From positions 98,148,001 through 98,212,000 of the forward strand of contig NC_086108.1 in NCBI RefSeq assembly GCF_963921235.1: a DNA stretch of 64,000 nt, given 5' to 3'. A program made the position numbers and the translations under genes. The notes under the pieces were generated by a model. That model was not told where the DNA came from and did no database searches. It saw only the letters and a program-made list of their open reading frames with translations. The stretch is from Mobula hypostoma. Its lineage: Eukaryota. Below are positions 60,030 through 64,000 of this stretch, in pieces. The stretch's first letter is position 1, and every line of letters begins with the position of its first letter.

Positions 60030-62443
60030 CTAACACATAAATGCAGAACTAGGCCATTTTGCCCATCAAGTCTGCTCCATCATTTGATCATGGCTGATTC
60101 GTTTCCTTCTCAATTCAATTCTCTTGTCTTCAGCCCATAACCTTTCAGGACCTGACTTACCAGGAATCTATCAACCCCTGCCTTGACCTGGCCTCCACAG
60201 CCGCCTGTGACAATGACTTCCACAGATTCACCACCCTCTGGACAGTGACATTACTCATCTCCGTTCTAAATGTATGTCCCTCTCCACGTCCACTCTATCA
60301 AGGCCTTTCAACATTTCATAGATTTCAAATGAAATCCTTCCCCACCCCACCCCATTCTTCTAAACTCCAGAGAGTACAGGCCCAGAGCCATCAAGTGATC
60401 CTCATGCTGTAAGCTTTTCTTTCTTGGAATTATTTTAATTCCAATACACAACATCCACCGATTCTCCTTTGTCTATCCTGTTTGGTACTTCCTCAAAGAA
60501 TTCCAACAGATTTGCCAGGCAAGATTTTCCCTTACGGAAACCATGCTGACTTCAGTCTATTTTATCATGTCCTTCTATGTACCCTGAAACCACATCTCCA
60601 ACAAGCCACTCCAGCATCTTCCCAACCTCTGAATTACGTCAGAATCTAGTGATTCTTGAAAGATCATTACTAATGCCCCCACAATCTCTTCAGCTACCTC
60701 TTTCAAGACCCTGGAGCGTAGTCCATTTGGTCCAGATGACTTTGGTCAGACCTTTCAGCTTACCAAGCACTTTCTCCCTAGAAATAGTAACTGCACTAAC
60801 TTCTGCCCCCTGACACCTGGAAATTCTACCACAGTGAAGAATGATGCAAGATACCTATTCAGTTCATCCATTTCCTTGTCCCCTGTCAGTACTTCTCCAG
60901 CATCATTTTCCGGTGGTTCAATATCTACTCTTGCCTCTTCAATATATCTGGAAAAAAAATTTGGTATCCTCTTTGATATTATTGGCTTTTTTAGTTGCCT
61001 TCTGTTGGTTTTTCAAAAGTTTCCCAATCTTCTAAATTCCCAAAATTTTTTGCTTTATTATATGCCCTCTCTTTTGCTTATGTTGGCTTTGAGTAGTCAT
61101 TCTGCCTTCAGAATACTTCTTTGGTATGTATCTATCCTGTACCTTCTGAATTGCTCCCAAAAACTCCAGCCATTGCTGCTTTGCTGTCATTCCTGCTAGA
61201 GTCAACTTCCAATCAACTTTGGATAGCTCTTCTCTCACGCCTCTGTAATTCCCTTTACTCTACTGTAATACTGATACATTTGCCGTAGTTTCTTGACCTT
61301 CTCAAAGTGTAGAGTAAATTCTCTCATATTATGATCACTGGCTCCCAAGGGTTCCTTTACCTTAAGCTCCCTAATCAAATCTGGTTCATTACACAACGCC
61401 TTATCCAGAATAGCTGATCCCTTAGTGGGCTCAACCACAAGTTGCTCTAAAAAGCCATCCTGTAGGCATTCTAGAAATTCCCCCTCTTGGACTCCCGCAT
61501 CAACCGATTTTCACAATCTACGTGCACATTGAAATCCCCAATGATGATTGTAACGTTGCCCTTCATACATGAATTTTCTGTCTCCTGTTGTAATTTGTAA
61601 CCCACATCTTTGCTATTGTTTGGAGGCCTTGATTAGGGCCTTTATTACCCTTGTAGTTTCTTAGCTCTGCCTACAATGATTCAACACTTTTTGATCCTAT
61701 GTCACCTCTTTCTAATGATTTGATGCCATTTTTTACCAACTGAGCTACCCCACCCTCTCTGCCAACTTGCCTATCCTTTTGATAAAATGTGTATCCTTGG
61801 ATGTTAAGCTCCCAACTATAATCTTCTTTCAGCCATGATTCAGTGATGCCTACAGTTATACTTGCCAATCTCTAACTGTACTACAAGATTATCTACCTTA
61901 TTCCATATACTGCATGCATTCAAATACAATACCTTCAGTCCTGTATTCATCACACTTTTCAATTTTGTCCCTGTTACACTTCAACTCATCACACTGACTG
62001 CAATTTTACCATATTATCTGCCTGTCCTTCCTGACGGTCTCAGTACACACTGCCTCTGCTTGTATACCAACTGTCCCAACCTTAGCCCTATCACTCAGTT
62101 TCCCATGCCCCTGCCAAATTAGCTTAAACCCTCCCCAACAGTTCTAGCAAACCTACCCAAAAGGATATTGGTCCCCCTTGGGTTCAGGTGTAACCTGTCA
62201 CTTTTGTAGAGGTCATACCTTCAACAGAAGATATCCCAATGAAACATAAATCTGAACCTCTGTCCCCTACACAAGTTCCTCAGCCACTCATTTATCTGCG
62301 AAATCATTCTATTTTGACCCTCACTGGCATGTGAAAAATTACAGCCCCTGAAGTGAAGCTTTTCAGCTGTTTACCTAACTCATTATATTCTCTCTTTAGG
62401 ACCTCTTCCCTTTTCCTACCTATGACATTTGTGCCAATATGTA
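60030..62443 (-). mobile_element. CR1 LINE with ORF1 esterase end, APE endonuclease and deleted RT
   Basis: HIGTN.IGRKREEVLKREYNELG..LHLNPRGTNIL (SGNH esterase-type ORF1); VGITESWL..DRQVGREGGVA and LGASDHNM (APE). Homologous to 10870-13190 in opposite orientation. Confidence 0.88.
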
Positions 62444-64000
62444 CAGTGCCTATAAAAAGTATTCACCCCCCCACCCCAAAAGTTTTCATGTTTTATTGTT
62501 TTACAACATCGAGTCACAGTGGATTTAATTTGGATTTTTTGACAGTGATCAACAGAAAAGACTCTTTCATGTCAAAGTGAAAACAAATTTCTACAAATTG
62601 GCCTAAATTTATTACAATTATTAAACACAAAATAATTGACTGCATATTTACTCACCCCCTTCAAGTCAGTATCTAGTTGATGCACCTTGGCAGCAATTAC
62701 AGTTTTGAGTCTGTGTGGATAGGTCTCTATCAGCTTTACACATCTGGACACTGCAATTTTCTCCCATTTTTCTTTACAAAACTTCGTGAGTGAACAGCCC
62801 TTTTCAACTCCAACCACAAATTCTCAGTTGGATTGGGGTCTGAACTCTTGGCCACTCTATTACATTAAATTTATTGTTTTTAAGTCATTCCTGTGTAGCT
62901 TTGGCTTCTTGCTTGGGTCATTGCCCTGCTGGAAAACAAGTTGCAGTTCTCTTGCAGACTACATCAGGTTTTCCTACAGAATTTCCCTGTATTTTGCTGC
63001 ATTAATTTCACCCTCTAACTTCACAAGCCTTCCAGGGCCTGCTATGGTGAAGCATTCCCACAGAATGATGCAGCCACCACCATGCTTCACATTAGGGATG
63101 GTGTGTTTGGCTCACACCCAAAACTAGTGTTTAGTCTGATGGCCAAAAAAACTCAATTTTGGTTTCATCAGACCATGGAACCTTCTACCAGCTGACTTCA
63201 GAGCCTCCCACATGCCTTCTGGAAAACTCTAGTGAGATTTCACATGAGCTTTTGTCAACAGTAATTTTCTCTTTACCACTTTCCCACAAAGCTGCGACTG
63301 GTGAAACAGTTGTATGCGCAGTCTCTCCCATCTCAGCCACTGAAGCTTGTAACTCCTCCAAAGTTGTCATAGGTCTCTTGATGGCCTCCCTCACTAGTCT
63401 TCTTGCATGGTCACTCAGTTTTTGAGGACAGCCTGCTCTGGACAGATTTACAGCTGTGCCATATTCTTTCCATCTCTTGATGATTGACTTAACTGTATTC
63501 CAAGAGATATTCAGTGACTTGGAAATTTTCTTGGAAATCTCCTGACTTGTGCTTTTCAATAACCTTTTTGTGGAGTTGCCTGGAGTATTCTTTTGTCTTC
63601 ATCGTGTAATTTTTGCCAGAATACTGACTCTCCAGCAGTTGGACCCCTAGATACAGATGTATTTTTACTACAATCAACTGAAACACCTTGACTGCACATG
63701 GTGATCTCCATTTAACTAATTATGTGACTTCTAAAACCAAATGGCTGCACCAGTGATGACTTGGTGTGTCATATTAACCAAGGTGGGGGGGAGGGGGGAA
63801 GAAGAGGGTGAATACTTATGCAATCGATTATTTTGTTTTATATTTGTAATTAATTTAGTCACTTTGCAGAGATCTGTTTTCACTTTGACACGAGTTTTTT
63901 TCTGTTGATCAGTGTCCAAAAAGCTAAATTAAATCCACTATGATTCAATGTTGTAAAACAATAAAACCCCAATTGGGGGGGGGGGGCTGAATACTTTTTT
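62444..64000 (-). mobile_element. Tc1 transposon (same family as 36156-37653), transposase remnant 63602-62666, cut by window edge
   Basis: TA|CAGTGCCTATAAAAAGTATTCACCCCC; far TIR ends ..GAATACTTTTTT at the edge. MKTKEYSRQLHKKVIEKH, SDETK, LIETYPHRL..IAAK. Confidence 0.93.

Larger units (their letters stand above)
35..64000 (-). other. LRRC8D: Probable LRRC8D 5'-UTR intron(s) and/or upstream region
   Basis: An acceptor just before the ATG requires an upstream non-coding exon. No other host CDS or obvious CpG-island promoter seen. The upstream exon position is not determined. Confidence 0.55.

Overview
Vertebrate genomic DNA dominated by transposable elements. The repeat repertoire (CR1, Rex-Babar, Penelope, L1, RTE, R4/Rex6, V-domain tRNA SINEs, Tc1, hAT) suggests a cartilaginous fish, probably a ray; this is inference. 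The only host coding sequence I recognise is missed by the ORF track. On the minus strand, a canonical splice acceptor (TTTTACAG|GA, 35/34) is followed by ATG at 32, reading MFTLTEVASL(N), the N-terminus of LRRC8D (volume-regulated anion channel subunit); the CDS runs off the left edge. The remaining ~64 kb is therefore probably 5'-UTR intron and/or upstream DNA of LRRC8D. It holds deeply nested insertions, many with readable target-site duplications (TSDs): three solo LTRs, an L1 inside a CR1, a three-level hAT/hAT/Penelope nest, a DNA transposon with a 6-bp TSD that splits a Penelope hammerhead-ribozyme motif, several Tc1 elements and a 45-bp minisatellite. I found no intact autonomous element, CRISPR array or prokaryotic system, and I cannot claim a new biological system. 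The best leads are chimeric non-autonomous transposons, the hammerhead motifs and a possible LTR-derived alternative first exon for LRRC8D. Boundaries with a TSD or terminal inverted repeat (TIR) were read base by base; other repeat boundaries are approximate (tens of bp). Family names come from motif recognition, not database searches.
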